IMG/VR virus record: IMGVR_UViG_3300030606_000033
Location: 1-33,187 of that record
Strand: one strand, 5' to 3'
DNA from: a virus
Taxonomy: Duplodnaviria > Caudoviricetes
DNA length: 33,187 nt
The notes beneath the pieces were generated by a model. That model worked only from the letters and a program-made list of their open reading frames with translations. It did not search any database and was not told the origin of the DNA. Below are positions 31,910 through 33,187 of the stretch, piece after piece; the first letter of the stretch is position 1; every line of letters starts with the position of its first letter. Made by a program: the position numbers and the translations under genes.

Positions 31910-32266
31910 TCACCGCGTCACCTCACTGAACCGCTTCGCCCCGACCTGCCGGGCCAGCTCCTGGCCAACCTCGACGATGCCGCCGTCGCCGTGTTTCTTC
32001 CGAAACTCGGTCTTATTCTCCTCGGCCAGCCAGGCTTCGCCACTGACCTGGTCCATCCAGATCAGTCGAAAGTGCTTGGGCCCCGGCCGGCGAAACTTCT
32101 CGATCCCCAGGACCAGGCTGGTCGCCGGCATCGGCTCGCCATCCGGGCCGACGACCATCGGTTCCTGGTCGTCGGCTTCCTCGACCTCACCGGGACTCCA
32201 GAGCCGTGGCGGCTCCTGGTCCTTGATGACCATCTTCGGTCTGTCCTGGCTCACGTCATCACTCAT
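31910..32266 (-). CDS. Hypothetical protein, 118 aa
   Basis: Co-oriented ORF with typical codon usage. Confidence 0.65.
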   Translation of the reverse strand: MSDDVSQDRPKMVIKDQEPPRLWSPGEVEEADDQEPMVVGPDGEPMPATSLVLGIEKFRRPGPKHFRLIWMDQVSGEAWLAEENKTEFRKKHGDGGIVEVGQELARQVGAKRFSEVTR

Positions 32267-32296
32267 ACTAAAATACCCACCCTATCCCCCGGTTTT

Positions 32297-32617
32297 TTAC
32301 GGCCGTAGACTCAGGCCCCGGTCTCCAATTTGCTCACGCGGCTCGCGCCGCAAAAATAGTTCGATGTCGATCAATTTCCACACGATGGCCAACGCCACCG
32401 CATGCGTCGTGTCGAGTGCGTCCAGCTTGTCCCGCACGTTGCGCAGGTGGCCCTTGACCGTCGTTTCGGCGATGGCCAGCCGCAGCGCGATCGCGCCGCC
32501 GGTCAGGCCGGTGGCTCTCAGGCTCAAGACCTCGACCTCCCGCGCTGTCAAAGCACAAAAAAAGGGGCGCTCCGAAATTTCGGAGCGCCCCGGTGAATTG
32601 CTCACTCTGTCAGGCAT
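32297..32617 (-). CDS. LuxR/GerE-type HTH regulator (start uncertain; alternative TTG at 32551)
   Basis: LTAREVEVL..GLT..IA.RLAIAETTVKGHLRNVRDKL. Confidence 0.85.
   Translation of the reverse strand: MPDRVSNSPGRSEISERPFFCALTAREVEVLSLRATGLTGGAIALRLAIAETTVKGHLRNVRDKLDALDTTHAVALAIVWKLIDIELFLRREPREQIGDRGLSLRP
32557..32591 (-). terminator. Intrinsic terminator at the head of the late operon
   Basis: Perfect 28-bp palindrome GGGGCGCTCCGAAATTTCGGAGCGCCCC followed by T7. Confidence 0.8.
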
Positions 32618-32630
32618 AACAACAACTCGA

Positions 32631-32837
32631 TTAACTTTGGGGGGTCAACTCGTCACTCAGGACCCGCTCGATATGGCGGATCTTGCCCTTCTTGACAATA
32701 ATGACCAGCCTCGCCTCGCCCCCATTTTCTTCTGTGTACGAACACAGCGAGGATAACTTGGCGTCGATCGCTAAAATCTGCCACCAGGCCAGCCGCAACA
32801 GGCCTCGGTAAGGCGTATATCTGTCGTTAATGTCCAC
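32631..32837 (-). CDS. Small leader protein (68 aa; DUF2292/YezD-like C-terminus), probably leaderless GTG start
   Basis: GEARLVIIVKKGKIRHIER; the GTG lies 7 nt after a -10 box. Family call is tentative. Confidence 0.55.
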   Translation of the reverse strand: MDINDRYTPYRGLLRLAWWQILAIDAKLSSLCSYTEENGGEARLVIIVKKGKIRHIERVLSDELTPQS

Positions 32838-32844
32838 CTCGAAA

Positions 32845-32873
32845 AGTGTACCATACCTCCCGCCCCGGTTCAA
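32845..32873 (-). promoter_or_regulatory. Leftward (late-arm) sigma70-type promoter
   Basis: TTGAAC-17-TACACT with extended -10 TG. Confidence 0.65.
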
Positions 32874-33008
32874 TCCTCCTTTTGGGCAGGTTACCCACCC
32901 ATTGTACTGCAAGAATGTTTGAAAACGGTTTGAGAGCCTGTCGGCGAGGGGATTGACCGGAAAAACTATTGACGCCTGTTGATAGTCAACAGAAACCATT
33001 GGCCGGAT

Positions 33009-33038
33009 GTGACAGAGTGTGTTACGGTGTGTTATAAT
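33009..33038 (+). promoter_or_regulatory. Rightward (early-arm) promoter with GTGTGTTA direct repeat
   Basis: GTGACA-18-TATAAT with extended TG; AAGGAG RBS downstream. Confidence 0.7.
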
Positions 33039-33060
33039 ATCCGTGGAAAGGAGCTACCCT

Positions 33061-33187
33061 ATGACCGTTCAAACCACCGACAAATACACCCTACTGCAAA
33101 ACGCCCAGCAGGTGCTTTGGGAGTTATCCGCCGCTGAACTCGAGGCCGTGCTGAACTTCATCGGCGCCCTGCAAAACGAGGACGACC
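33061..33187 (+). CDS. 3'-truncated small protein
   Basis: MTVQTTDKYTLLQNAQQVLWELSAAELEAVLNFIGALQNEDD..., open to the window end. Confidence 0.65.
   Translation, partial: MTVQTTDKYTLLQNAQQVLWELSAAELEAVLNFIGALQNEDD

Noticed and set aside
32584-32870. CCGGGGCG octamer shared by the late promoter, the terminator arm and the 26-bp repeats
   Set aside because: An all-GC 8-mer is expected a few times by chance at this GC content, so it is not supportable alone.
33061-33187. Direct circular join of the window end to base 1
   Set aside because: Joining puts the terminal ORF out of frame with the wHTH ORF at 1-246, and no terminal overlap is visible, so sequence is probably missing.

Overview
This window is most of a temperate long-tailed (siphovirus-type) phage genome, apparently in excised or free form. 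An attP-like site carrying a tRNA-Gly 3' end lies between phage genes at ~12.9 kb. The + strand (33061 to end, and 1-12901) is the early arm: small proteins, two ParB-family proteins, a TOPRIM primase/AAA helicase followed by an iterated inverted repeat (likely ori), a KGG-repeat/DUF559-type nuclease, a membrane module and a large serine recombinase. The - strand (32837 down to 13068) is the late arm: leader/regulatory genes, a catalytic-only tyrosine recombinase, holin-like genes, terminase, portal, head, neck and tail genes. The most striking feature is an SpdB2/DUF2637-like protein, a small TM protein and a membrane FtsK/TraB-like ATPase followed by 11-bp repeats. This resembles a Streptomyces-plasmid dsDNA transfer/spreading module inside a complete tailed phage. 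Also notable: three antisense promoter-to-terminator sRNA cassettes, a possible terminator/antiterminator switch at the head of the late operon, and two signal-peptide proteins directly after the capsid gene. No endolysin or CI repressor is recognisable. A filamentous GC-rich host such as Chloroflexota is only an inference. Both ends cut ORFs, and family calls come from motif recognition without database searches.
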